From: a virus
Taxonomy: Duplodnaviria; Heunggongvirae; Uroviricota; Caudoviricetes
Strand: one strand, 5' to 3'
IMG/VR virus record: IMGVR_UViG_2563366903_000024
DNA length: 30,618 nt
Part shown: one piece after another, positions 16,340 to 24,566 of the stretch
Layout of the letters: each line of letters starts with the position of its first letter
Position numbering within the stretch: position 1 is the first letter of the stretch
Notes under the pieces: generated by a model
The model's input: only the letters and a program-made list of their open reading frames with translations
Database searches by the model: none
Told to the model about the DNA's origin: nothing
Translations under genes and position numbers: made by a program

Positions 16340-17012
16340 GGGTTTAGTCTCCTTTGATATCACATGCCCGCACTGTTTAAAAGAGCGAGCTGTTATTGAG
16401 GCATTTGCCGAAAAACAAATTGAAAAAACACCTTTTTTTAACGTCGCTTTTGTATGCAGAAGTTGTCATCGAGGAGGTGTTGCTATTGTTGAAATCCCAT
16501 CAGACCACTATCACGGTCCCATGGCGGAAAGCCAGAAAAAAGACCTCGATATTCTGATTTCAGGAAATAGCCAGTACCGTTTCCGCAAGATCTATCCTGT
16601 GGTCAAAAAAATTACCGCACCAGAATATACGCCCCCGGTTGCAGACCGTACTTTTGTTGAGGCAAAAGAGGATTTACAGAGGAGGCGGTACGACACAGTG
16701 GTTATTCTTTGTCGCAGAGTCCTCGATATCTCCACGAAAAAACTGCTCGGCGATGAAGCAGGAAAAGAATCGCTGTCGCAACGTATTCAGATGATTTACA
16801 AAAAAGGCCTGATCACTGAACAGATGAAGGAATGGGCTCATATTGTACGAATTGATGCCAATAAAGCAGTTCATACAGATGAAGTTTTCACACCAATTGA
16901 GGCAAGCCAGATCCTGAGTTTTACCGAAATGTTTTTAGTCTACGCCTTCACTCTGCCTGCAATGGTGGAAGCCAGACGTGAACAAAAAAGATCAGATTCA
17001 GCCTCTATATGA
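16338..17012 (+). CDS. Zinc-ribbon protein with C-terminal helical domain resembling DUF4145
   Basis: 224-aa protein with SD GAGGAA. N-terminal CPHC…(26)…CRSC zinc-ribbon pattern. C-terminal region (VVILCRRVLDISTKKLLG…IQMIYKKGLITEQMKEWAHIVRIDANKAVHTDE) matches my recollection of the DUF4145 pattern. Confidence 0.5.
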   Translation: MGLVSFDITCPHCLKERAVIEAFAEKQIEKTPFFNVAFVCRSCHRGGVAIVEIPSDHYHGPMAESQKKDLDILISGNSQYRFRKIYPVVKKITAPEYTPPVADRTFVEAKEDLQRRRYDTVVILCRRVLDISTKKLLGDEAGKESLSQRIQMIYKKGLITEQMKEWAHIVRIDANKAVHTDEVFTPIEASQILSFTEMFLVYAFTLPAMVEARREQKRSDSASI

Positions 17013-17044
17013 ATCACTTTTCTGAACACGTAAGCCCCCGTCAT

Positions 17045-17476
17045 TCACGACGGGGAGAACATCAATCCCTCTGCACTCCCTCGCCAGAATGCCAGCACAC
17101 GCTGCATCGTTTCGCTGTTACGGCACTCGCGACAAATTGTGTTGTAGCGTCTGTCGTAGCGCCGTATTTCCCCATCTGGTAATGCCCGGATAAGGTCTGG
17201 ATCAACGACAACCGGTTTCTTCGACTTTGCCCTTGAGAGTTTTTTGCGGGCATTTTGCCAGTCCTTACGAGCCTGTTCAGACGGGAATACTCCGTAACCG
17301 GAATTGTAAACATCACCACTGGCGGCCAGCTCCATGCATAAACGACCGACAGACGCATGACTGACACCAATTTCATCCGATAACTGCCGAATCGTGCCTC
17401 GTCCGTTAAGGCGTACGAATTCCACGATCAGCCCCTTAATTTTTTCCCGCTCTTCTGGTGTAAATGCTCTTGTCAT
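17045..17476 (-). CDS. Hypothetical protein with winged-helix-like segment
   Basis: Start at ATG 17476 with SD GGAGGTG (MTRAFTPEEREKIKGLIVEF…). Function unknown. Confidence 0.45.
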   Translation of the reverse strand: MTRAFTPEEREKIKGLIVEFVRLNGRGTIRQLSDEIGVSHASVGRLCMELAASGDVYNSGYGVFPSEQARKDWQNARKKLSRAKSKKPVVVDPDLIRALPDGEIRRYDRRYNTICRECRNSETMQRVLAFWRGSAEGLMFSPS

Positions 17477-17491
17477 AAGCACCTCCGGAGA

Positions 17492-18262
17492 TCACTTTGT
17501 TGTCGGTGAATGAACCGGAATATCAGCAATCGAACTGAAAATATCCCGGTGTTTATTCAGCTCCCGCAGCGCGGCGCAGACTCGCTCCCACTTCTGAACA
17601 TCACTTTTCGCCCTGCGCAGCGCCAGGTTTGCCCTGCGCAGGGACGGAAAAATCAGCTCATCTGCTTGCGTTTCGGTAAACGATGGCAACGACTGCACAA
17701 TGTCCGCCACAGTTTCTGTTTTAATTTCTTCCTGTGTTGCGGCTTCCCGGACTGGTAACGCAGCACCTGCTGGCTGAGGAAAGGCCTTACCATCATTTTC
17801 CGTTACCGGCGCGGTTTTCGGATCTGCTGGTAAATTACCCCCCGGCATGCAGTAACGAAATTTACCGTTCTGATTAACGCGTGCCAGCCGCCCCGTTGCG
17901 GTTACCACCGCCAGCGTGGAAGCAACCTTGCGAGTGGTAACTCCGAACTTACCCGCTATTTCTTCACAGGTTTTAGCACCATCCTGACCGATAAACTCAA
18001 TCATCATGTCTGCGGTAACTTTTGGAGCAACCTCTTCGGTTACCACATCCAGCGCTTCAGGTTGTAGTGCCTGCCCTTCGGTTACCCCGGCTTCACCTTC
18101 GACAGCCAGAAACCAGGTGTGACCCGTTTTATCAACAACGCCATTTTTTTTGAGTTCCCACAGTTCGTTGAGAACTTCTTCACGGCTGATATCAAGCCGC
18201 GCCGCCAGTTCAACAGAATTGGCTTTTCCCATCGCTTTCAGTGCATGCAATACGGTTTCCAT
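17492..18262 (-). CDS. Hypothetical prophage protein with N-terminal winged-helix-like domain
   Basis: 256-aa ORF (METVLHALKAMGKANSVELAARLDISREEVLNELWELKKNG…) between the replication genes and the nin region. Confidence 0.5.
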   Translation of the reverse strand: METVLHALKAMGKANSVELAARLDISREEVLNELWELKKNGVVDKTGHTWFLAVEGEAGVTEGQALQPEALDVVTEEVAPKVTADMMIEFIGQDGAKTCEEIAGKFGVTTRKVASTLAVVTATGRLARVNQNGKFRYCMPGGNLPADPKTAPVTENDGKAFPQPAGAALPVREAATQEEIKTETVADIVQSLPSFTETQADELIFPSLRRANLALRRAKSDVQKWERVCAALRELNKHRDIFSSIADIPVHSPTTK

Positions 18263-18287
18263 CGAAAATTTACCTCGTCAAAAATTC

Positions 18288-19028
18288 TCACATACCCTGA
18301 CGTCCAACGTTTGACCGCCAGCTCTCCCAGTTAAAATTCACCCAACGACCACCGTTCATGGTCATCCGGTCCATAATCCTCTCACCAAGAAGCGTGCTCA
18401 TTGCGGCATGATTCAGGTTTGTCAGCATCCCGACACTGCGCAGTGATGCCGTCCGGCGGTCAACAATCTGGTGCAGTACCACCTGCTCGTTTTTCGTCTC
18501 ACGCTGGATGCCAATTTCGTCAAGAACCAGGAGGTCCACTTCGCACAGTTCACGCAAAAATTTTTCCCCTGACAGTCCGTCGTCATAGCTGGCATGTAAC
18601 GCGCTCATCACATCCGCCACGGTGACCACTATCACGGATTTACCGGCCTTCAGCAGACGATTACCCACAGCCGCCGCCAGATGATTTTTTCCGGTTCCCG
18701 GATTCCCGCTGAACACGAAGTTTGTATAACCGGTCATCAATTCATCGGCAATGGATTTCGCCTGGCTCAGAGCATGGCGCTGACCGTCGTTCTGCACCCG
18801 GTAGTTCCCGAATGAGCACTTCCTGTGAAGCGGCTGGATGCCCGCACGGTTCAGGATTTTTTCAACCCGCGCCTGATGATTCAGGCGGTTAATTTCCTCG
18901 CTGCGCTTACGGCCCTCAGCCAGTTGCCATTCCCGCCATTCGTCGGTCGTCCGGAACGGTGCTGCCACGTGCGGTGGTGCCAGACGGCGCACCCGTTCAA
19001 GAATCCCTCCAGTCGAAATGTTTTTCAT
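18288..19028 (-). CDS. DnaC-like replicative helicase loader (IstB-like ATPase)
   Basis: 246-aa protein with Walker A (FSGNPGTGKNHLAAAVG) and Walker B (DLLVLDEIG), directly downstream of the O-like initiator. Confidence 0.85.
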   Translation of the reverse strand: MKNISTGGILERVRRLAPPHVAAPFRTTDEWREWQLAEGRKRSEEINRLNHQARVEKILNRAGIQPLHRKCSFGNYRVQNDGQRHALSQAKSIADELMTGYTNFVFSGNPGTGKNHLAAAVGNRLLKAGKSVIVVTVADVMSALHASYDDGLSGEKFLRELCEVDLLVLDEIGIQRETKNEQVVLHQIVDRRTASLRSVGMLTNLNHAAMSTLLGERIMDRMTMNGGRWVNFNWESWRSNVGRQGM

Positions 19029-19034
19029 GGCTGA

Positions 19035-20117
19035 TTACCCCCTGAAACCCGGCGGAATTTCGGTGTCCGGTTCAGAAATGTGATTCACGCAACGCAGGCT
19101 GACTGCGCCAGCCTTCGGCAGCGACCACGGATTTTCGAAATTCCTGTTCGGGCCAAAAAACGTCGATGCCTGCTGAACAAATTCAGTTCCCGCTTTCCCG
19201 GTAGCCTCCAGGTATCTTGCGTAACGCCTCACGCCATCCAGCACGACATCCGGTGACACCCCTTCGCGTAATCTGGCCCTCCAGGCATTGAACGCGGATT
19301 TCTTCGGGTTTGCCCCTGCCCGATGCGGATATTCACGCCAGACCCGTTCGAACACGTCAGGATAATCAACTCGTCCCGCAGACGGTCCCGGCATCGCCCG
19401 GGTTAACCCAATCGGCTTCCCGCTCATCGCGGAATCGGCTTCAGGCTGCTGCGGTTGGCGTTGTTGCTCCGGTTCGACGATCAGCACCTGCTGCACACAA
19501 CGCCCGGAATCTGCTTCCGGTGTCGTGCCAGCTGGTCCTGGACGTTCAGTCAGAACAGGACAAAAATCCCCCTGCGGGTCCGTGGCGATTTTTTCGCCAT
19601 GGACCAGAAGGGTTTTATCCCTTTCCTGTTCTTGTTCCTGTTCCTGTTCTTGGCTTGAAAGAGGCTCTGAAGGGGCTTCAATTTTCCGACATGATTCACG
19701 TCTGACATCCAGGTGGAAATCATCCTTATATCTATCATAAAAGGATGATAAAAAAGGATTTTCCAGCAACACGGAATATTCATTTCTTACCCCAGCACAA
19801 CGGTTATCGCCAGGTTTCAGCGATTCACCAACCTGCCATGCTGCCATTTCATGCACCCATACAACCTCAGAATCATGGTCATAGCTGCAAAAACCAGCCT
19901 CGCAAGCCATTTGAAGCCCCTTAGAAGCCCCTTCAGGATCAAGTCCGGTTTCGTGAGCAATGTACAAAACAGGCAGGTAATAAAGGCCCAGCATATTGGA
20001 ATGAGGCGAGGTCATCATATACAACGCCACTACCATACATTCCGGACCAGACTTCCTTAGTTTTCTCCCTGTTTCGCCTAACCAGAACTGAGGTGAAATT
20101 GTTGCGTAATTACGCAT
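19035..20117 (-). CDS. Replication initiation protein (O-like position; acidic linker with (QE)n; DnaT-like C-terminal region)
   Basis: 360-aa ORF between cII and the DnaC-like gene. Internal low-complexity linker (SSQEQEQEQEQERD…QQRQPQQPEAD). Assignment by position and architecture. Confidence 0.6.
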   Translation of the reverse strand: MRNYATISPQFWLGETGRKLRKSGPECMVVALYMMTSPHSNMLGLYYLPVLYIAHETGLDPEGASKGLQMACEAGFCSYDHDSEVVWVHEMAAWQVGESLKPGDNRCAGVRNEYSVLLENPFLSSFYDRYKDDFHLDVRRESCRKIEAPSEPLSSQEQEQEQEQERDKTLLVHGEKIATDPQGDFCPVLTERPGPAGTTPEADSGRCVQQVLIVEPEQQRQPQQPEADSAMSGKPIGLTRAMPGPSAGRVDYPDVFERVWREYPHRAGANPKKSAFNAWRARLREGVSPDVVLDGVRRYARYLEATGKAGTEFVQQASTFFGPNRNFENPWSLPKAGAVSLRCVNHISEPDTEIPPGFRG

Positions 20118-20370
20118 AGTCCCCTCGCATACAAGATTTACTCCATACCGCAGACGGTCCCGGTATCTCCCGGGTTAACCCAATCGGCTTCAGGCTGCTG
20201 CGGTTGGTGTGACTGCACATTGGTGTGACTGCACATCTTCACAGACGGTCCCGGTATCTCCGGGTTAACCCAATCGGCTTCAGGCTGCTGCGGTTGGTGT
20301 TGTTGCTGGCGAAATTCTTCCAGATGTGGCAGAATTATTCCCGTGTATTGCTCCATGCCCTGCCTGAATA

Positions 20371-20667
20371 TCAGATGTTCATCAGGATTTGCTCAGAACG
20401 TCCGGCCCCAACCGGACGTTTTTTATTTGCATGAACGTTAATGGCATGCTGGAAAGCCCGGCTGATCGGACTGATATCAGATGCCATCTGGAACGCGCAT
20501 AAAATCGCCGCGATGTATCGCCAGTCGGTACGACTGACCTTCGATTCATGGCAGCCAATCATCTTCGCCAGTCCCCTTTGCGTCAGAGCTGACAGGTTGA
20601 TAAGTAAATCCGTTTCAGCGCGATCGATATCGCGCTGTGACAGTTTGCTGTAACTTGTTTGTGACAT
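20371..20667 (-). CDS. cII: CII-like transcriptional activator
   Basis: 98-aa protein whose C-terminus (…NVHANKKRPVGAGRSEQILMNI) parallels lambda CII (…TNKKRPAATERSEQIQMEF). Lies downstream of cro. Confidence 0.75.
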   Translation of the reverse strand: MSQTSYSKLSQRDIDRAETDLLINLSALTQRGLAKMIGCHESKVSRTDWRYIAAILCAFQMASDISPISRAFQHAINVHANKKRPVGAGRSEQILMNI

Positions 20668-20735
20668 TTGTTAATTTTCCTATATTGATATGGGGTTAAG
20701 CGGCAATCCCCAATGGGTTTGCCACTGATGTTTGC

Positions 20736-20776
20736 TCACCCTGTTAGAGGTGAACGACCAGCAATGTTAAAGAGCG
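20736..20776 (-). promoter_or_regulatory. nutR candidate (boxA plus boxB hairpin) between cro and cII
   Basis: Minus strand CGCTCTTTAACATTG (boxA-like, same core as the nutL copy) followed by an imperfect hairpin with loop CTAAC. Confidence 0.5.
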
Positions 20777-20783
20777 GTGTTAC

Positions 20784-21008
20784 TTATTCAGCCTGGTTCG
20801 GATGAGGAAACAGGTGCGGTAAGTCCGGGCGAATTTCGTAAGCCTTAACCTGACCATTGGTGGCATTAACGATAGCGAAAACTTTTTCAGGAGAAACTTT
20901 TCCGCCTCGCAACCATTTATGAACAGCGGGCTGTGATACGCCGCAATCAGCTGCAAGTCGTTTTTGACTGCCAACAATATTCAAGGCTCGCTGAATCACT
21001 AAATTCAT
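20784..21008 (-). CDS. cro: Cro-like repressor
   Basis: 74-aa HTH protein (MNLVIQRALNIVGSQKRLAADCGVSQPAVHKWLRGG…) divergent from cI. SD AGAGGT before ATG 21008. Confidence 0.7.
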   Translation of the reverse strand: MNLVIQRALNIVGSQKRLAADCGVSQPAVHKWLRGGKVSPEKVFAIVNATNGQVKAYEIRPDLPHLFPHPNQAE

Positions 21009-21044
21009 GAGCATACCTCTACAGCAAATAAAGCATAACCAAAA

Positions 21045-21107
21045 ATAACATGAGTTATACACCAGGGCAATAACAATTGTTGTTTTACTTTTGATAACCG
21101 TGGTTAT
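21045..21107. promoter_or_regulatory. OR operator region (pR/pRM) with ATAAC/GTTAT inverted-repeat half-sites
   Basis: Inverted repeats ATAACatgaGTTAT (21045-21058) and ATAACCgtGGTTAT (21094-21107), plus palindrome AACAATTGTT, in the cro-cI divergent intergenic region. Confidence 0.55.
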
Positions 21108-21118
21108 AGATTACAGGT

Positions 21119-21826
21119 ATGAAAACATTCGCAGAAAGACTAAATGCCGCCATGAGTTCAGCCGGGTTGTCACAAGCACAACTTGCAGACATGGTGGGGG
21201 TATCACAACCAGCCATACAAAAGATGTCATCTGGTAAAACAACCGGATCACGTAAAATGGTCGAATTAGCCAACGCGTTAAGAGTTCGCCCTGAATGGCT
21301 AAGCTCTGGTATAGGGTCAATGAGACCACAGAGCGCAGAAGAGCCATCTAATGCTCGGGAATCATCTTTAAAAGCTATCGCCTGGGATGATCATCAAAAT
21401 GATAATGACGAATTTGTTACGCTCCCCCTTCTAAATATTTCACTTTCAGCTGGCGGAGGAAGTTGTGCATTGGAGGAGTCCGCAGAATTCTCTCTAGTTT
21501 TTAGGCGCTATTACCTGAAAAAAATGGGAGTTCCAGAAAAAGCGGCAAAGTTGGTCAGGGTTGTTGGGCAAAGCATGGAGCCAACACTCCATGATGGTGA
21601 TGTGGTGGGGGTAAACACGCAAGATACGAGCATCAGGGATGGTAAAACATATGCAATTTGCCAAGCTGATTTGTTAAGGGTAAAAACGCTCATAGCCACG
21701 CCAACATCGGTAATTATCAGATCGATAAACCGCGAAGAGTATCCTGATGAAGTAATGAACAGAGAAGAATTCTACAAAAACGTAAGAATCATAGGGCGAG
21801 TGTTCTGGTCATCACATAGCTGGTAA
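21119..21826 (+). CDS. cI: CI repressor (HTH plus LexA-like S24 peptidase domain)
   Basis: 235-aa protein with N-terminal HTH (LSQAQLADMVGVSQPAIQKM) and C-terminal autocleavage region (…GQSMEPTLHDGDVVGV…). Confidence 0.9.
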   Translation: MKTFAERLNAAMSSAGLSQAQLADMVGVSQPAIQKMSSGKTTGSRKMVELANALRVRPEWLSSGIGSMRPQSAEEPSNARESSLKAIAWDDHQNDNDEFVTLPLLNISLSAGGGSCALEESAEFSLVFRRYYLKKMGVPEKAAKLVRVVGQSMEPTLHDGDVVGVNTQDTSIRDGKTYAICQADLLRVKTLIATPTSVIIRSINREEYPDEVMNREEFYKNVRIIGRVFWSSHSW

Positions 21827-21950
21827 TCAGACTCCAACTGAACTTTTGCTATAAGAACACTCACGAAGAACGGCCTTTTATTGTGCTCAATACCACCGAT
21901 GGTAAACCATTCGCCAAGTAGCCAATTCATAAAATGCCATTTCTAAATCC

Positions 21951-21976
21951 CCCGGCTCCAGTGCCGGGTTTTATTT
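21951..21976 (+). terminator. Rho-independent terminator downstream of cI
   Basis: CCCGGC-tccagt-GCCGGG stem-loop followed by TTTTATTT. Confidence 0.6.
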
Positions 21977-21978
21977 AC

Positions 21979-22200
21979 TTAATTACACAGTCGCATATCC
22001 TGAAGTAACACATCTATAGCTAACTTCACAGCGAGATCATCCAATTCATCATGGTGAAGCACTCGGATCATTCCCGCAATAGCATCTGCTGAAATAGCTT
22101 CCCCAGTAGCAATAACCTCAAGCAACGACACCCCTAGAATTTCGACTACCCGCTGGTGCAACACACCAAATTCCCCTTCGATTAACATGCAATCACCCAT
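21979..22200 (-). CDS. Hypothetical 73-aa protein between cI and pL/N, antisense to cI
   Basis: ATG at 22200 preceded by SD GGGGGAAAGG (MGDCMLIEGEFGVLHQRVVEILGVSLLEVIATGEAISADAIAGMIRVLHHDELDD…). No family recognised. Confidence 0.45.
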   Translation of the reverse strand: MGDCMLIEGEFGVLHQRVVEILGVSLLEVIATGEAISADAIAGMIRVLHHDELDDLAVKLAIDVLLQDMRLCN

Positions 22201-22261
22201 AACAATCAGCCTTTCCCCCTTGAAAATATCACGCGGATACCACAAAAAATAAAATATTTTT

Positions 22262-22337
22262 GTTATCAGTCATTTATAACGTTTTTCATAAAATGATAAA
22301 TATAGTTATTGCACAACCAGATAACTTAGGTTATCTT
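22262..22337 (+). promoter_or_regulatory. OL/pL candidate: operator half-sites overlapping a sigma70-like promoter directed toward N
   Basis: ATAACttagGTTAT (22321-22334), same half-sites as OR. TTGCAC (22309-22314), 17-nt spacer, TATCTT (22332-22337). Confidence 0.4.
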
Positions 22338-22383
22338 CAATTCAACAGCAGGACGCTGGAAGCCAAACGGAACAGATTGGCCG

Positions 22384-22423
22384 GCTCTTTAACATTGATG
22401 GACTCTCAACCTAACCGTTGAGA
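22384..22423 (+). promoter_or_regulatory. nutL candidate (boxA plus boxB hairpin) upstream of N
   Basis: GCTCTTTAACATTG (boxA-like) followed by hairpin TCTCAAC-ctaacc-GTTGAGA, about 110 nt before the N start. Confidence 0.55.
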
Positions 22424-22533
22424 CCAAAATCTAAGTGGTTTTGGGGATGACGCGAATTTCAGTTGCAAGGCCGCGATCGAGAAGAAAAACACCTCGACGC
22501 GTCATACACCAAAGCCACTTAAAGGAGACCATC

Positions 22534-22773
22534 ATGGTAACCATAATCTGGAAAGAATCCAAAGGTACGGCAAAAAGCCGCTATAAAGCTCGCAGGGAAG
22601 AACTTATTGCAGAGCGGCGCAGTAGTGAAAGACTGACACGGAAGATTGCGCTAAAGATCTCTGGTTGCGTCGGAGCAGACAAAGCAGTATCACTCGGAAG
22701 CCTTCGCTGCAAGAAGGCAGAAGAAGTCGAGAGTAAACAGAACCGTATTTACTACCGCAATACCACGCAGTGA
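22534..22773 (+). CDS. N: N antiterminator (phage 21 N type)
   Basis: 79-aa protein MVTIIWKESKGTAKSRYKARREELIAERRSSERLTRKIALKISGC… resembling phage 21 N. SD AAGGAGA before the ATG; nutL upstream. Confidence 0.8.
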   Translation: MVTIIWKESKGTAKSRYKARREELIAERRSSERLTRKIALKISGCVGADKAVSLGSLRCKKAEEVESKQNRIYYRNTTQ

Positions 22774-22845
22774 AATGGGTGTGACTTGCTCAGGCCGCCA
22801 GAAACAACGCGGAAAATCAATTCCGGCTTATTACGATTGAGGTTA

Positions 22846-23130
22846 ATGATGAAGTTCAAATTGAACGATGAAGTTAAATGGTCAAGCTCATCAAACGGTG
22901 TAACGAAGGTAAAAATCGGGTTTATCGTCGAGGTGATTCCTCCTGGTGTCAACGTAAAAAAATTCGAACTAGGCCGTCTGCTAGATGCACCTGGCCTTCC
23001 GAGGAAAGAAGAGAGCTATATAGTTTGTGTAGGTTCAAGACCCGGATCTCGTGCCAAGCCAAAATATTACTGGCCGCGAGTTAATAACCTGCGTCGATTA
23101 CAACAAAAAACTTGCGCCCTTAAAACTTGA
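22846..23130 (+). CDS. Hypothetical protein (94 aa), early-left operon
   Basis: ATG at 22846 with GAGG upstream (MMKFKLNDEVKWSSSSNGVTKVKIGFIVEV…). Confidence 0.4.
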   Translation: MMKFKLNDEVKWSSSSNGVTKVKIGFIVEVIPPGVNVKKFELGRLLDAPGLPRKEESYIVCVGSRPGSRAKPKYYWPRVNNLRRLQQKTCALKT

Positions 23131-23267
23131 AATTCTTCAGGCCGCCGGAAAAATGCAGCTTAAACTGGACGAATTCATCGACTGTATGGATGAAATGAAT
23201 AAAGCAGTTCAGAAGCTTAAAGAGCTGACCGCCTGATATTAATAAATTGCAACTACCGGAGTTAACT

Positions 23268-23627
23268 ATGAATGAAACAGAACTGAAGCACATTATCGCC
23301 CTGCTTCTGGAAGATGCCAGACAGGTTTATCGACTTAGCCCAAATTTCGCAACGCAGGAACGCATCCGGATAGCGGAAACAGCACTGAAACAGGACAATG
23401 GAAACGGCATATCCAAATTTAGCGCCGCCAGTGAAAATGAAGTAATAGAAATAAACAGCAATATCAGCGACAGTTGCGTCGCTTACAGCCACCAAATAAT
23501 TCGTGTAAGTGCAAGAATAATGGAAGTGATGGCAAGTGAGCTTGAAAAGAACAACATCAAGCCCACTGATTGTTGTTTAAGAACCGTAATGAACGTTATT
23601 TATTACTCGATGTTCCGAAGTCGCTAA
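23268..23627 (+). CDS. Hypothetical protein (119 aa), early-left operon
   Basis: ATG at 23268 with GGAG upstream (MNETELKHIIALLLEDARQVYRL…). Confidence 0.45.
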   Translation: MNETELKHIIALLLEDARQVYRLSPNFATQERIRIAETALKQDNGNGISKFSAASENEVIEINSNISDSCVAYSHQIIRVSARIMEVMASELEKNNIKPTDCCLRTVMNVIYYSMFRSR

Positions 23628-23805
23628 CAGCGTCGAGTTTTTCATTAAAAAATGATTCAAATGCATCGTAAAATACGGCAATAGCACCGCCCTTATCTAC
23701 CGCGGCAGGAACTGCCTTTTGAGGTATATCTTTCTCCCTGAATTGTGTGTTGTAGGTATCGACAGCCAGCCGCATCAGAAACATCACTTTTTCTTCTTGT
23801 GTCAT
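23596..23805 (-). CDS. Hypothetical protein (69 aa), opposite strand
   Basis: Track ORF only. Overlaps the 3' end of the preceding plus-strand ORF. Confidence 0.25.
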   Translation of the reverse strand: MTQEEKVMFLMRLAVDTYNTQFREKDIPQKAVPAAVDKGGAIAVFYDAFESFFNEKLDAVSDFGTSSNK

Positions 23806-24029
23806 AAACTCACTCTCCTTACGGGGTTTGTAGTTGAGGAGTTCTCCACGGGTGAGGTGGAGATCGTGCGCCGGACACGGGTAAGTTCCGGCACTCTCAG
23901 TTTACTGAACAGACATTACCCTGAAAGCCAGGGTACAACACGAAAGTGCACGGCGAAGACTCTTTCCCATTGAAGGCTTGTCGTTAGATTTCTTCGACCG
24001 TGCGCTTCCGGTTGTGAATAACAACATTG

Positions 24030-24085
24030 CTGTGTGTAGCCCTTGGCGGACATCGGTTTGCCGATTGCTGATGTCCGCCCTTTTT
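24030..24085 (+). ncRNA. DicF-like small RNA candidate ending in an intrinsic terminator
   Basis: Lies in a 440-bp ORF-free stretch of the pL operon. 10-bp stem GGCGGACATC / GATGTCCGCC (24045-24054 / 24070-24079) followed by CTTTTT. Sequence (CUUGGCGGACAUCGG…UGCUGAUGUCCGCCCUUUUU) resembles E. coli DicF as I recall it; 5' end undefined. Confidence 0.4.
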
Positions 24086-24261
24086 AAAGTGAATTTTGTG
24101 ATGCGGTGAATGCGGCTATGCGCACGCGGAACAGTTAAACCGACAGGATGTCACGGAAAGTCATCGTCCCCTGACCCGGCGTTAGTTGTTAACTGGTTAA
24201 CGTCACCTGGAGGCACCAGGCACCGCATCAACAAAGTTCATTTGTGAAAATGGAGATAATT

Positions 24262-24483
24262 ATGATTGCTCATCACTTCGGAACTGATGAAATACCACGT
24301 CAGTGCGTGACGCCTGGCGATTATGTTCTTCATGAAGGTCGGACATATATCGCTTCAGCAAACAATATTGAAAAGAGAAAACTCTATATTCGTAACTTCA
24401 CAACAAAAACATGCATTACCGACTGCATGATTAAAGTTTTCATCGGGCGCGATGGCTTACCCGTAAAAGCAGCGTCGTTGTGA
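24262..24483 (+). CDS. Hypothetical protein (73 aa)
   Basis: ATG at 24262 with GGAGA upstream ([32 protein letters not shown]…). Confidence 0.35.
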   Translation: MIAHHFGTDEIPRQCVTPGDYVLHEGRTYIASANNIEKRKLYIRNFTTKTCITDCMIKVFIGRDGLPVKAASL

Positions 24484-24566
24484 CGAGTAATAAAATACAC
24501 CTTCCATATCTGTAACAGACAAGCCGAAATAAAACCGCATTAATTATCAATCACGGAAAAATCAAA

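Noticed and set aside
20138-20356. Minus-strand 72-aa ORF (…QQPQQPEAD… twice) between cII and O
   Set aside because: It lies within duplicated copies of an O-gene segment and looks like an artefact of the repeats.
23051-23236. 61-aa plus-strand ORF overlapping the 22846..23130 gene
   Set aside because: Overlaps the neighbour by about 80 nt in another frame; the two could not be resolved from sequence, so it was not annotated.
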